Shown here: positions 37,206 through 47,603 of the stretch, piece after piece | Position numbering within the stretch: the stretch's first letter is position 1 | Layout: each line of letters opens with the position of its first letter | NCBI GenBank assembly: GCA_964574145.1 | Contig: CAZNKJ010000002.1 | Coordinates: forward strand, 2,075 to 66,074 | Origin: an uncultured Candidatus Saccharibacteria bacterium | GTDB taxonomy: Bacteria; Patescibacteriota; Minisyncoccia; Phycocordibacterales; CAZNKJ01 | Direction: 5' to 3' | Length of the DNA stretch: 64,000 nt | Program-made: the position numbers and the translations under genes | The notes under the pieces: generated by a model | Databases searched by the model: none | What the model was told of the DNA's origin: nothing | The model's input: the letters and a program-made list of their open reading frames with translations, nothing else

Positions 37206-38270
37206 TTATATACCTTCATCACGAATATCTTCAATCAATTTCTTCACTTTCTTAGATAATTTTTTTGGAAGCGTAATTTCTATTGTGATTAAAAGATCGC
37301 CTCTTTTGTTTTGTCCAAGAGACACGCCTTTTCCTTTTACGCGTAATATTTCACCATGAGAAATGCACGCAGGTGTTTTTACAAGAATAGTCTCACCTAA
37401 TACCTCTATGCTTTGTTCGCTACCTAACAGAGCGTCTGAAAGTTTAAGTGATAATGTCATACGCAAGTTGGCTCCTTCTTTTGTAAATACAGAATCTTTT
37501 TGCACATGAAGTTTTACGTATAAATCACCAGGGACTCCTCCAGGCACAGCTTCTCCAGCTCCAGTCAAACGTATCATTTCTCCATTATTTACTCCTGCGG
37601 GGACAGTTATTGAAATTTCTTGTTCCTTACGTGCAACTCCAGCCCCTTTACAATCATTACATTTAACTTCGGGTACCTTCCCGGATCCGTGACATATTTC
37701 ACATGCTCTAACGCTGGTGAAAGCTCCAAGTATTGAGTTTTTAGTTTCGTGTATTTTACCACGGCCATTGCATGTTGAGCATGATTTTAATTTAGTGTCA
37801 GGTTTTGCACCACTTCCTGAACATGTTTTACAAGTGGATGATTTTGTTAAAAGTACTGAACGAGAGGTTCCAAGTACAGATTCTTTAAAAGAAACCTCAA
37901 TGTCTATTGAAATATCTCTTCCCCGGCGAATAGAATTTCCGCCCTGGCCTCGAAAAAAATCACTAAACTCGCTGAAAATATCGCTGAAATCCCAATCTGG
38001 TACTGATCCGCCCTGAGAAGAAAATCCTCCAAATCCTGAAGGACCTCCTGTTTGGCCGTCACTAAACACCCGACCATAAGCATCGTATTCGGCACGTTTC
38101 TTTTCATCACCTAATACGCTATAAGCTTCACTGGCTTCTTTGAATTTTTCAACATTTCCTCCAGGCTTATCTGGATGATATGAGTGTGCTAATTTTCTGA
38201 ATGCTTTTTTAACATCTTCTTTGCTAGCACTTTTAGTTATACCAAGTATTTTGTAGTAATCTTTTTCCAT
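37206..38270 (-). CDS. dnaJ: chaperone DnaJ
   Basis: J domain with HPD, G/F region, four CxxCxGxG repeats. Confidence 0.95.
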   Translation of the reverse strand: MEKDYYKILGITKSASKEDVKKAFRKLAHSYHPDKPGGNVEKFKEASEAYSVLGDEKKRAEYDAYGRVFSDGQTGGPSGFGGFSSQGGSVPDWDFSDIFSEFSDFFRGQGGNSIRRGRDISIDIEVSFKESVLGTSRSVLLTKSSTCKTCSGSGAKPDTKLKSCSTCNGRGKIHETKNSILGAFTSVRACEICHGSGKVPEVKCNDCKGAGVARKEQEISITVPAGVNNGEMIRLTGAGEAVPGGVPGDLYVKLHVQKDSVFTKEGANLRMTLSLKLSDALLGSEQSIEVLGETILVKTPACISHGEILRVKGKGVSLGQNKRGDLLITIEITLPKKLSKKVKKLIEDIRDEGI

Positions 38271-40180
38271 TAAGCGTTTGGTTTGTCATTGTCTTCTTTT
38301 TTCTCATCCTCAGCTTCCACATCATGTATTTTTTCTTCAGTTTTCTGAGAAGAGTCATCCGCTTGCTTTTGTTCAGGTGTATTTTTTGCAACTTCTTCAC
38401 CTATTTTTTGCATAGTGACAGAGAGCTGCTCAGTTTTTTCTTTAAGTACTGATAAATCATCTTTATCTTTAACTTCTTTAACTTCTTTAACTTTTTCTTC
38501 TACTTCTTTTTTGACTTCGTCTGAAATTTTGTCTGAATTGTCTTTAACAGCTTTTTCAGCTGTGTAAATAGCTTGATCAGAGAGGTTGCGAGCTTCTGCA
38601 AGTTCGCGTCGTTTTTGGTCTTCGTCGCTGTGTGCTTCGGCATCTTTTTGCATCTTTTCGATGTCCTCTTCTTTTAATTCGGAAGATGCTTCTATGCGGA
38701 TGGATTGAGTTTTGTTTGTCACTTTATCTTTTGCTGTTACGTTTAAGATTCCGTCTGCATCAACATCAAAACTAACTTCAACTTGAGGAACTCCTCGTGG
38801 TGCAGGAGGGATACCGTCTAAGATAAAACGTCCGAGACTTTTATTATCAGTCGCCATTGCCCTTTCTCCTTGTAGTACATGGACTTCAACAGAGGTTTGG
38901 CTATCTGCTGCAGTAGAAAATACTTGGGTTTTTGACGTGGGTAAAGTGGTATTTCTCTCTATAAGTTTAGTATTCACTCCGCCCATAGTTTCAATTCCTA
39001 GAGAAAGAGGTATAACATCGAGAAGAAGAACATCTTTCACGTCTCCTTGAAGGATCCCGGCTTGAATGGCTGCGCCCATAGCTACCACTTCGTCTGGGTT
39101 AATAGAACGATTGGCTTCTTTTCCAAAAAAGTCTTTCACTGCTTTTTGAATAGCTGGCATTCGAGTTTGTCCTCCAACAAGTACAATTTCATCAATATCT
39201 TCTTTTTTGAAACCAGAAGCTTCTAAAGCGCGTTTTGTTATACTCATAGACTTCTCTACAAATTCACTAGCTAATTCCTCTAATTTAGCGCGATTAAGTT
39301 TCAGTAATAGATGTCGAGGCCCTGTTGAGTCAGAGGTAATAAACGGTATATTTATTTCTGTTTCTGTTGTAGTAGAAAGTTCTAGCTTAGCTTTCTCCGC
39401 TGCTTCATCTAAACGTTGGAGTGCTAGTGGGTCTTTAGAAACGTCTATTCCGCTTTCTTTTTTAAATTCGTCAGCGATCCAATGAATAATTTTTTGATCA
39501 ATGTCTCTGCCTCCCATATGAGAATCTCCATCTGTAGATTTTACTTCAATTACGTTATCTCCGACTTCAAGGATAGAAACATCAAAGGTCCCTCCACCAA
39601 AGTCATAGACGGCGATTTGTTCATTTTTCTTTTTATCAAAACCATACGCAAGAGCAGCTGCGGTTGGTTCATTTATAATTCTTTTTACTTCCAGTCCTGC
39701 TATTTTCCCTGCATCTTTGGTCGCTTTTCGTTGAGCATCATTAAAATATGCAGGAACGGTAATAATTACTTCGGAAATAGTTTCTCCTAATTTAGCCTCA
39801 GCATCTTTTTTAAGTTTCTGTAAGATCATCGCGGAAATTTCTTCAGGACGATAATCCTTATCTCCCATAGTAACCACCACTCCCCCACTTTTACTAGAGT
39901 TTATTTTAAATGGAACTATTTTCTTATCATCTTTGATAATATCTTCTTCATAAGAATGTCCAACGAAACGTTTTATACCAGAAATTGTATTTTCTGGGTT
40001 GGTAACTGCTTGACGTTTTGCGAGAAGCCCGACTAAACGCTCTCCTGTCTTGGACATTGCAACAACGGAAGGAGTTGTGCGAGCCCCTTCATCATTTTCA
40101 ATGATAGTAGGGTCAGAACCTGTCATTACCGCCATTGCAGAGTTAGTTGTTCCTAAATCTATTCCTAGTATTTTTCCCAT
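38270..40180 (-). CDS. dnaK: chaperone DnaK (Hsp70)
   Basis: [17 protein letters not shown] and the other Hsp70 signatures. Confidence 0.97.
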   Translation of the reverse strand: MGKILGIDLGTTNSAMAVMTGSDPTIIENDEGARTTPSVVAMSKTGERLVGLLAKRQAVTNPENTISGIKRFVGHSYEEDIIKDDKKIVPFKINSSKSGGVVVTMGDKDYRPEEISAMILQKLKKDAEAKLGETISEVIITVPAYFNDAQRKATKDAGKIAGLEVKRIINEPTAAALAYGFDKKKNEQIAVYDFGGGTFDVSILEVGDNVIEVKSTDGDSHMGGRDIDQKIIHWIADEFKKESGIDVSKDPLALQRLDEAAEKAKLELSTTTETEINIPFITSDSTGPRHLLLKLNRAKLEELASEFVEKSMSITKRALEASGFKKEDIDEIVLVGGQTRMPAIQKAVKDFFGKEANRSINPDEVVAMGAAIQAGILQGDVKDVLLLDVIPLSLGIETMGGVNTKLIERNTTLPTSKTQVFSTAADSQTSVEVHVLQGERAMATDNKSLGRFILDGIPPAPRGVPQVEVSFDVDADGILNVTAKDKVTNKTQSIRIEASSELKEEDIEKMQKDAEAHSDEDQKRRELAEARNLSDQAIYTAEKAVKDNSDKISDEVKKEVEEKVKEVKEVKDKDDLSVLKEKTEQLSVTMQKIGEEVAKNTPEQKQADDSSQKTEEKIHDVEAEDEKKEDNDKPNA

Positions 40181-40226
40181 AATATTTTGTTTACTAAATT
40201 ATATTCTTCTAAAATAAAATAAGCAC

Positions 40227-40838
40227 TTATTTAATTTCTTGTTTACTATAGACCATCACTTTTACCTTTGCTGGTCGTATAATACTATTGTTTGTGCGGT
40301 ATCCTTTTTGTAGCACGCTTACTATCTTTCCGTCATTTTTTTTCTCTTGAGTTTCTGTGGTTTCTAAAGATTCGTGTTCACTTGGGTTAAACAACTCCCC
40401 TTCTTTGGGTTGAAATGTTGTGAACCCATTTTGGGTAAGCACAGAAAGTAAGTGTGAGTGTATATATTCTATTCCAGTACGCCATGTTTTGTCCACTTTT
40501 TTCCAAGCTTCTTTATTAGCAAATGCCATATCAAAACTATCTAAAGTTGGAATAAGGTCTATTAAGAAACTTTCTTTAGAAGCGGAAGAGATACGAGAGC
40601 TTTTTTTTTCAAAATCTTTACGTTCGTTTATTAAATCAGCTCTAGATCGTTGCCACCCTAAGAGATACTCCTGGCGCTCTTTTTTGCATTCCTGTAATTC
40701 TTTTTGAATTTTTTTGATTTTACTGGAGATTTCGTTAGAATTTGCATCAATTTCTTCATCTCCCATTGTGTAATCAATATCTGTATCTGCACAAATATTT
40801 TGTTCGTTTTTAGAAATTTTCTTGCTCTTATTTTTCAT
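40227..40838 (-). CDS. grpE: nucleotide exchange factor GrpE
   Basis: Position in grpE-dnaK-dnaJ; coiled-coil plus C-terminal beta domain. Confidence 0.85.
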   Translation of the reverse strand: MKNKSKKISKNEQNICADTDIDYTMGDEEIDANSNEISSKIKKIQKELQECKKERQEYLLGWQRSRADLINERKDFEKKSSRISSASKESFLIDLIPTLDSFDMAFANKEAWKKVDKTWRTGIEYIHSHLLSVLTQNGFTTFQPKEGELFNPSEHESLETTETQEKKNDGKIVSVLQKGYRTNNSIIRPAKVKVMVYSKQEIK

Positions 40839-40906
40839 AGTAAACAGGTATTACAAAACGGTTAAGACAAGAACGCGCTGCGATTTCAGTTACGTGGAAA
40901 AAACGG

Positions 40907-41317
40907 CTAACGTTTTGACCATTGTGGTGCACGCCGAGCCTTACGTAATCCAAATTTCTTACGTTCTTTTTTTCTTGCATCGCGCGTTAGATATCCTTCT
41001 TTTTTTAATATCAACCTCAGGTCTTCTTTATACTTAATTAAGGCACGAGCTATTCCGTGTCGGATAGCATCCGCTTGTGCAGCTACTCCTCCTCCTCGAG
41101 TGTGTACCTTAACGCTAAAAAGTGTTGATAATCCAGCAGTGGAGAATACATCAGTGACAGACTTTCTTAATTCGTCTGTTGGAAAATATTTTTGAAAATC
41201 TCGTTCATTAACTTCTATTTTTTGGGCAGAACTTTCAGTTATACGAACTCGAGCGGTAGCTCTCTTTCTTCGCCCGACGGCCTCATGGTATTTAGTTGTT
41301 TTTTGTGTAGTAGTCAT
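40907..41317 (-). CDS. rpsI: 30S ribosomal protein S9
   Basis: C-terminal RKARRAPQWSKR. Confidence 0.9.
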   Translation of the reverse strand: MTTTQKTTKYHEAVGRRKRATARVRITESSAQKIEVNERDFQKYFPTDELRKSVTDVFSTAGLSTLFSVKVHTRGGGVAAQADAIRHGIARALIKYKEDLRLILKKEGYLTRDARKKERKKFGLRKARRAPQWSKR

Positions 41318-41319
41318 AA

Positions 41320-41676
41320 TTATTCATGTATAGAAAGAAGCTTCATTCTTTGGCTTCGTAATTTATTTGAAGGAAGCATTCCATATATCGCTCTTGAAAG
41401 AACTTCAGATACCCCTTTGTCTTTTATTACTTTTTCTAGCAATTCTTTTTTTAATCCACCTGGGTATCCAGAATATCTCGTGTATTCTTTTTGCTTTATT
41501 TTTTTTGGATCAATAAGCATTAGCCCAGCGTTAGTAACAGAAACCCCCAAAGAAGTAACCTTATTTCGGACAAAAGAAGGATCATCTTTCCCCATTAAAA
41601 CATGAGCTGCTTCGGAAGCCACTCTTCCTAATCGTTTTCCTTTTGCGTCTATGGTTTGTATATTTTTAATTTCCAT
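41320..41676 (-). CDS. rplM: 50S ribosomal protein L13 (compact form)
   Basis: L13 N-terminus (IDAKGKRLGRVASEAAHVLMGK). Confidence 0.9.
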   Translation of the reverse strand: MEIKNIQTIDAKGKRLGRVASEAAHVLMGKDDPSFVRNKVTSLGVSVTNAGLMLIDPKKIKQKEYTRYSGYPGGLKKELLEKVIKDKGVSEVLSRAIYGMLPSNKLRSQRMKLLSIHE

Positions 41677-41681
41677 AAGTT

Positions 41682-42035
41682 TTAAACAAATTCTATTTGA
41701 GCTGTTGAACGAGCATCATCTGAGTAAGATGTAAGTTTTGTAATACGAGTGTATCCTCCAGATCTATTTTTGTATTTAGGTGCCAGTGTTGTAAACACTT
41801 TAGTTATGATTTGTGGTTTACCATTAAATTCTCTTTCCAAAATACGCCTATTTGAAAGAGTGTCATTTTTACCACGAGTGATCATTTTTTCAATGTATGG
41901 ACGAAGCTCCTTTGCTTTAGCTTCTGTTGTTTGGATTTTTTCATGAAGGATTAATGCATAGGCAAGAGAACGCATCAATGCTTTGCGTTGGCTTCGTGGA
42001 CGTCCTAATTTTCTATTTGAGTTATGATGCCGCAT
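41682..42035 (-). CDS. rplQ: 50S ribosomal protein L17
   Basis: MRHHNSNRKLGRPRSQRKALMRSL. Confidence 0.9.
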   Translation of the reverse strand: MRHHNSNRKLGRPRSQRKALMRSLAYALILHEKIQTTEAKAKELRPYIEKMITRGKNDTLSNRRILEREFNGKPQIITKVFTTLAPKYKNRSGGYTRITKLTSYSDDARSTAQIEFV

Positions 42036-42042
42036 ACGTTTG

Positions 42043-43011
42043 CTATTTTAGAGTTATTCCGTAGTTTGAAAGAGCTCGCTTTATCTCTTGCAGTCCTTTT
42101 TGCCCAAGTCCCTCTATGTCTAGTATATCTTCTTCCTTTTTACGTGCCAGTCCTCCGACAGTACGTATATTAGCTGTATCAAGAGCGTTGACAGTTCTAG
42201 GTGAAAGGTCTAGAGACTCTACTCGAGTTTTCAAAAACTCTGTATCCACCTCCGTTTTCTTTTCAGTATCTTCAGTATCTTCTTTTATTATATCTTCCTC
42301 AATTGTCTCGGGTTCTTCTTCCTTAAAACCAACAATAGCTTTCAATTGCATAACCATTATTTCGATAGATTTTTCTAAAGCTTCTTTTGGCAGAAGGGTA
42401 CCATCAGTTTCAATAAATAAACGCAGTCGATTAAAATCAGTACGATCACCTACACGCATATTTTCAACTTCATAATTTACCCTTCTTATAGGGGTAAAAA
42501 TAGCATCTAATGTAATGATTCCAATATTTACCTTATCTTTTTCTAACACGTCTCGTGAGACATAACCAAGCCCTCTTTCCACCATTATTTCTATTGAAAG
42601 TTCCGCATTTTTTTCTGTTAAAGTAGCTATTAACTGTTCAGGGTTTAATATTTCTACTTGTCCAGAAGCGGTAATGTCACCAGCTGTAACATTTTTTTCT
42701 CCTTTTATAGAGAGAGTAAGAGTTTGTGGCTCTTCTGACAGTAGTCTAATACGTACCTTTTTTAGATTAAGAAGTATAGTCACCACATCCTCTTTGATAC
42801 CCTTGATTGTAGAAAATTCATGCGAAACCCCCTCAATTTTTACAGAGGTAATGGCTGCTCCAGGAAGAGAAGAGAGGATGATTCGACGAAGTGAATTTCC
42901 TAGAGTGTGTCCATATCCAGGATATAGCCCATCTATTTCATAAATTCCTGTGAATTCTTCTTCTCGTATAATACGAGGCTTAGATGGCAATGTAATATTA
43001 TTTTCTATCAT
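42043..43011 (-). CDS. rpoA: DNA-directed RNA polymerase alpha subunit
   Basis: N-terminal dimerisation domain and C-terminal alpha-CTD. Confidence 0.95.
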   Translation of the reverse strand: MIENNITLPSKPRIIREEEFTGIYEIDGLYPGYGHTLGNSLRRIILSSLPGAAITSVKIEGVSHEFSTIKGIKEDVVTILLNLKKVRIRLLSEEPQTLTLSIKGEKNVTAGDITASGQVEILNPEQLIATLTEKNAELSIEIMVERGLGYVSRDVLEKDKVNIGIITLDAIFTPIRRVNYEVENMRVGDRTDFNRLRLFIETDGTLLPKEALEKSIEIMVMQLKAIVGFKEEEPETIEEDIIKEDTEDTEKKTEVDTEFLKTRVESLDLSPRTVNALDTANIRTVGGLARKKEEDILDIEGLGQKGLQEIKRALSNYGITLK

Positions 43012-43049
43012 AATTCTTCTTTAAAATGATTAGTAGCGAGTTATTAAAA

Positions 43050-43664
43050 TTAACGACTATAGTATTCAAGCACTGTACCCAAATCAAACGGCATTAGAGT
43101 TATGTCAATGTCCGGAGTTCCTGTTATTGTACCTTCCATTTTTTTTGAATCAAAATTTATCCACTTAGGCGACTGATGTTCTTTCAGTTTTTCGTCTAAA
43201 TTTTCAAATAATATCTTTGAACGACTTCCTTCTCGAACAGCTATTACATCTCCTTCAGAGAGACTGTATGAAGGTATAGTCACCTTTTTCCCATTTACTG
43301 TAATGTGTCCATGAGAAGCTATCTGTCGTGCCAGGGATCGTGTAGAAGCGAGACCTGAGCGATAAATAGTGTTATCTAATCTAGCTTCTAACTTCTTAAT
43401 AAGGACTCTGTCAGGCCTTTGTTCTTTTTGAGAAGTTGATTCTTTTACATACCTGGCAAGTTGTTTTTCAGCCAGTCCATAAGTAAAACGAACTTTTTGT
43501 TTTTCTAAAAGTTGTCGTCCATAGTCAGATAAAGCTCGTGGACGTGAACGACCTCGGACACGTCCACGACGCTCTTCTGCAAGTAAAAATTTTTGTGTTT
43601 GGCATTTTTCAAATACACCACTGCCTAATCTTTTACATATTTTATATTTTGGACCTGTTTTCAT
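43050..43664 (-). CDS. rpsD: 30S ribosomal protein S4
   Basis: S4 N-terminus and S4 RNA-binding domain. Confidence 0.95.
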   Translation of the reverse strand: MKTGPKYKICKRLGSGVFEKCQTQKFLLAEERRGRVRGRSRPRALSDYGRQLLEKQKVRFTYGLAEKQLARYVKESTSQKEQRPDRVLIKKLEARLDNTIYRSGLASTRSLARQIASHGHITVNGKKVTIPSYSLSEGDVIAVREGSRSKILFENLDEKLKEHQSPKWINFDSKKMEGTITGTPDIDITLMPFDLGTVLEYYSR

Positions 43665-43676
43665 AAGATAATATTT

Positions 43677-44111
43677 CTATACTCTACGAGGTTTAGGTGG
43701 TTTTGGACCATTGTGCGGTACTGGAGTAGCATCTTTTATACTCATAACCTCAATTCCTTTTCCAGAAAAAGCCCGCAAAGAAGACTCCCTACCACTTCCG
43801 ACACCATTAATGACTACTTTTACATCTTTTACACCCATACGCAAAGCTTTTTCAGCTACGATCTCCCCCACTTTAGCTGCTGCAAAAGGTGTCCCTTTTT
43901 TAGCCCCCTTAAAACCCAAAGACCCGCTAGTAGACCAAACAACAACTCCCCCCTTAAGGTCAGTTAAACTTACGCGAGTATTATTATAAGTTGCCTCTAT
44001 ATGGAGAATTCCTCTCTCTAGCTTTTTTTTAGGAGTTCTGGCAAGAGAGCGGGATTTTAGTCCCGAATCAGCTTCTCCTCCAGATTTTCGTATAATTCTT
44101 TTTTTACCCAT
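43677..44111 (-). CDS. rpsK: 30S ribosomal protein S11
   Basis: GILHIEATYNNTRVSLTD and C-terminal S11 motifs. Confidence 0.95.
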   Translation of the reverse strand: MGKKRIIRKSGGEADSGLKSRSLARTPKKKLERGILHIEATYNNTRVSLTDLKGGVVVWSTSGSLGFKGAKKGTPFAAAKVGEIVAEKALRMGVKDVKVVINGVGSGRESSLRAFSGKGIEVMSIKDATPVPHNGPKPPKPRRV

Positions 44112-44113
44112 AT

Positions 44114-44491
44114 TTATTTTTTCTCAACCTTACGTCTGCCGGACCCCATAGTTTTCTTAGCCCCCTTGAGAGTACGAGAATTTGTTTTAGTTCTTTGTCC
44201 GCGAGCAGGTAATCTTTTGGCATGTCTTGAGCCACGATAGCTTTTAATATCCTTTAGGCGTTTTATATTTGTTGAAATTTCGCGGCGAAGATTTCCCTCT
44301 ATTTTCTCTGATTCCACAAGTTGTCGAAGTTTCCCCTCTTCTTCAGTTGTAAGTTCCTTTGCTTTCTTTCCCATATCTACAGATGCCTGAACTAAAATAG
44401 CCTGAGCTTTTACACGTCCAATACCATAGACGGCTGTTAGTCCGATCTCTAGTCTTTTTTCATCTGGAATGGTGATTCCTGCAATACGCAT
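44114..44491 (-). CDS. rpsM: 30S ribosomal protein S13
   Basis: MRIAGITIPDEKRLEIGLTAVYGIGR. Confidence 0.95.
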   Translation of the reverse strand: MRIAGITIPDEKRLEIGLTAVYGIGRVKAQAILVQASVDMGKKAKELTTEEEGKLRQLVESEKIEGNLRREISTNIKRLKDIKSYRGSRHAKRLPARGQRTKTNSRTLKGAKKTMGSGRRKVEKK

Positions 44492-44509
44492 AATTAAAAT
44501 TGAATGATA

Positions 44510-44623
44510 TTAACCTTGTCTTTGTTTGTGCCGAGGATTTGAACATATAACATAAACGTACCCTCTTCGTCGTACTGTTTTACATTTCGCACACATTTTT
44601 TTTACTGAAGATCTTACTTTCAT
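44510..44623 (-). CDS. rpmJ: 50S ribosomal protein L36 (37 aa)
   Basis: Hand-translated from the minus strand: [37 protein letters not shown]; expected position between infA and rpsM; below the ORF-track length cut-off. Confidence 0.85.
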   Translation of the reverse strand: MKVRSSVKKMCAKCKTVRRRGYVYVICSNPRHKQRQG

Positions 44624-44689
44624 GACACATCTAATTGACTATAAGAAAAAGCCACTGGATACAGCGCTTTTGAGCTGTAGAAACGAATA

Positions 44690-44908
44690 CTACAGACGTT
44701 TAGTAATTCTTGCTTTCCCTCCGTAGGGATCAAGGACTAATCTAACCTTGTCTCCTACCAGAACCTTTATTCTATACATTCTCATCTTTCCTGCAAGGTA
44801 CGAAAGTATGACCTCTCCAGATTCAAGTTTTACTCGAAATAACGTGTTTGGCAAAGACTCTTCTACCACACCTCCCACATCTTCTATATCTTGTTTTTTA
44901 TTTCCCAT
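44690..44908 (-). CDS. infA: translation initiation factor IF-1 (72 aa)
   Basis: S1-like OB fold ... VLDPYGGKARITKRL; start set to the internal Met (MGNKKQ) giving canonical length. Confidence 0.9.
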   Translation of the reverse strand: MGNKKQDIEDVGGVVEESLPNTLFRVKLESGEVILSYLAGKMRMYRIKVLVGDKVRLVLDPYGGKARITKRL

Positions 44909-44968
44909 TACAAATCGGAGTTCATTTGGAATACTACAAAACATTAAGTTGAAAGTCAACCTGATACT

Positions 44969-46261
44969 CTATTTTTTTAGCTGTATTTCAACTAAAATCT
45001 TCTCTGGGTCGTTTCCAAATGATTGTCTCCAGAATGGATTTATGGAGGCATGAGCTTTGTAGATAGCTGGATAGCCTTTTAATATAGTATTGACTGCTGA
45101 TTTAGGACGATTCCTCAAGTCTTCTTTCAGTCTACTTTCATCAAAAGTCCATACTATGCTGGCCGTACCCTTAAGTGAAAAGGTAAAAGAATCTTCTTCC
45201 CATGGTTGAGAGATTTCTCCTGTGGGTTTTTTTAGAGTTAAATCTTTTGTAGATAAGATATACACTGGGAGACCTTCATAATCTGATATAGTTTCTTGAG
45301 CAATATATTGTGCAAAATCTTTTCTTTTAAAAATAACAGCGTACACTATTCCACTACTTTCTATGCGCGCCTTGTTGTCACCGTCATCAAAAATTTGCGG
45401 CTCCGAAAAATTAAAGAAAGTTCCACCTTCAAAAAAATAAAAATCTGATGGAATGTCTGTATAGACCTGATTAAGCATTTCCTCACGTAACTTTTTTTCT
45501 AAAGATTGTTTTGTTTTAGAAAACAAACCATCTTCAACCTTGAGTCTCTCACCAGCAAAACCTCCAGTCATAGGAGTCTTTGATCGAGCGTAAAATTTAC
45601 TATATTGAGGAGAACCTTTAAAACCAGGAATAGTAAAATCTTTAAGAGGAATATTATATTTTTCTCCTGGCTCATCTCCGTAAACGGTCACTTCCACACT
45701 ACCTGGGGTTATGCTACCATCTGAATTTTTTTTCTGTCCTGGAATAGATACCGACTCATTAATTCTGTAAATTAGCCCTTCCGGAGTTTCAAAACGAGTA
45801 TTAGTCACTAGTCGCTGTTTTTTAGAACTGAAATTATTGAAGATTAAAATTTTTCCAGAAGATTTTTTCTCAATTTGCTCTTTGTCAGTAGCAGAAACAA
45901 CTTTAGATACGGTTTTCTCAATTTGCATTATTTCATAAGAAAGTTCTCCTATCTCAGGCTCTCGTAAGGCCGTAAATTGACCATCCACAGTAACTTCCTT
46001 TTGTTTTGGGTTCACTATGATTTTAGAGTAAGAAAAAATAAGAGAAAGAATTATTACAGCAACAACTAGCAACACTACTGAGATGATCCACGTACCATAT
46101 TTTGAAAAGAAATTAGTTTTACTGCGATCGGGTGGAATTGGAGGAGTGTTATTGTACTCATAAGACTGCCCTACTTTGGACTTTGGGACATTAGAGCGAC
46201 TTATATTGCGAATACTTCTGCGTTTAGGGGGTACTATATCGTTGAATGAATTCTGTGACAT
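44969..46261 (-). CDS. single-pass membrane protein, unknown function (about 55-aa cytoplasmic N-terminus, TM, about 350-aa extracytoplasmic domain)
   Basis: TM WIISVVLLVVAVIILSLIFSY; no family recognised. Confidence 0.5.
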   Translation of the reverse strand: MSQNSFNDIVPPKRRSIRNISRSNVPKSKVGQSYEYNNTPPIPPDRSKTNFFSKYGTWIISVVLLVVAVIILSLIFSYSKIIVNPKQKEVTVDGQFTALREPEIGELSYEIMQIEKTVSKVVSATDKEQIEKKSSGKILIFNNFSSKKQRLVTNTRFETPEGLIYRINESVSIPGQKKNSDGSITPGSVEVTVYGDEPGEKYNIPLKDFTIPGFKGSPQYSKFYARSKTPMTGGFAGERLKVEDGLFSKTKQSLEKKLREEMLNQVYTDIPSDFYFFEGGTFFNFSEPQIFDDGDNKARIESSGIVYAVIFKRKDFAQYIAQETISDYEGLPVYILSTKDLTLKKPTGEISQPWEEDSFTFSLKGTASIVWTFDESRLKEDLRNRPKSAVNTILKGYPAIYKAHASINPFWRQSFGNDPEKILVEIQLKK

Positions 46262-46332
46262 GCGATTTTTAAAATCTATGACCTAAGTACTTTCTAGTGT
46301 AGCACAAGAAATATCTACAACAAGTAGAGAGA

Positions 46333-47538
46333 TTACGAGGATTTATTAATAAGTGATAGATGAATTATTTGAAGTAAAAGAGAAGAATCGGGAGCTATTT
46401 TTTGATCAAAAGAGAAAAAATTTCCCATCATCCCAGCAGTTAGTACCGTAATGGTATGATAATCCTGTTTATCTTCATTGTCATTATTAAGATATGACTC
46501 TAATAATGATTTAAACCAATAAGAGGTGTCAGACGGTGCCGTAATATAGATATGTTTAGGAAGAGGTGCTGTGGAAATAAATTTTCCGAGGGTTTGGTTT
46601 AACTCAACACTCCATTCCTTACTTACTTTTTGGATCAATTTGTATTCTTCAGAAGTTTTGTTGAGGTGGGATTCTTTTTCTGTCATCATACGTATTAAAG
46701 AAAGAGCTTCCGCTGGAGTACTGTTGCGTTTTTCGGATATTATTCGAGCCAGGGTTAATACTCCTATAGGAAAGGGTATCGTCTCTTGTATGACATCTTT
46801 TAACACAAGAGTTAAGTTACTAACTTCCCCACTTATATTTATAAGTAAAAACTTGTCAGATTTTGAGTAACAATCCCTAACTACTGTATAAGTAGAGAGA
46901 GAACGTGAATAAAATGTTACGTTTATATTTCTAAAATGGTTGTCTAGAACGTCACAGATATTTTTTTTAACCAAGGCAGACATAAAAGCCATATGAAGAG
47001 ATAAACTAATGTGTTTTGCTTTTTTCCCATAGGGATTGGCAGTTCTGTAACCATTTAAATCAACACTAAGTAGTTTTTTATCAATTAGAGAAGGTTCTTT
47101 GATATGTTTGTTTTGCCACAACTTACCTTTTTCTTTCTTCGCATGATCTTCTGTACGTTCTAGCATCTTTTCAATAAAATGCGGAGAAATCACAAAAGAT
47201 TCTTTTCTTTGAAATGAAAGAAGATGTGTTTTTGAGACATACCAGATAGAAGAAAGTCCACAAGAAACGGTCTTTATATGAAAATTAACAGAAGAATTTG
47301 CTATAAATCTATTTACTTCTTCACTTATCTCTATCAAACCTCTAAGCATTTCTTTTATGAAACGATCATATCTTAGGTGGGATTGAAAGATGAGCTGAAC
47401 TCTGGTAGAAAAATATATATGTATTTTCCCATCTTTCTTAAAGCCAGAAATTGAACATCCTATTGATGAGCTCCCTATATCAAAAACAATATCAACTTTT
47501 TTACCAGATCTTTTGTGCCACGACGATATCCATCTCAT
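46333..47538 (-). CDS. divergent actin-fold ATPase (FtsA/PilM-like)
   Basis: N-terminal VDIVFDIGSSSIGCSI (phosphate-1-like), later INISGEVSNLTLV (phosphate-2-like); 401 aa. Confidence 0.4.
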   Translation of the reverse strand: MRWISSWHKRSGKKVDIVFDIGSSSIGCSISGFKKDGKIHIYFSTRVQLIFQSHLRYDRFIKEMLRGLIEISEEVNRFIANSSVNFHIKTVSCGLSSIWYVSKTHLLSFQRKESFVISPHFIEKMLERTEDHAKKEKGKLWQNKHIKEPSLIDKKLLSVDLNGYRTANPYGKKAKHISLSLHMAFMSALVKKNICDVLDNHFRNINVTFYSRSLSTYTVVRDCYSKSDKFLLINISGEVSNLTLVLKDVIQETIPFPIGVLTLARIISEKRNSTPAEALSLIRMMTEKESHLNKTSEEYKLIQKVSKEWSVELNQTLGKFISTAPLPKHIYITAPSDTSYWFKSLLESYLNNDNEDKQDYHTITVLTAGMMGNFFSFDQKIAPDSSLLLQIIHLSLINKSS

Positions 47539-47603
47539 GTACTTAGTATAGATTTATATGCGTCAAATAGGAATAGGATACGGTCATAAACTGTTGAATT
47601 CTT

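Noticed and set aside
39207-39790. Plus-strand ORFs inside dnaK, and similar antisense ORFs inside dnaB, cysS, corA, aspS, leuS and others
   Set aside because: They lie antisense to strongly supported conserved genes and have no homology features. They are typical shadow ORFs.
44525-44541. tRNA-like 3' end (gtgccgaggatttgaac) suggesting a tRNA gene or tRNA-fragment integration site
   Set aside because: The complementary T-stem is absent, and the segment lies inside the hand-identified rpmJ (L36) coding sequence. It is a coincidence of the coding sequence.
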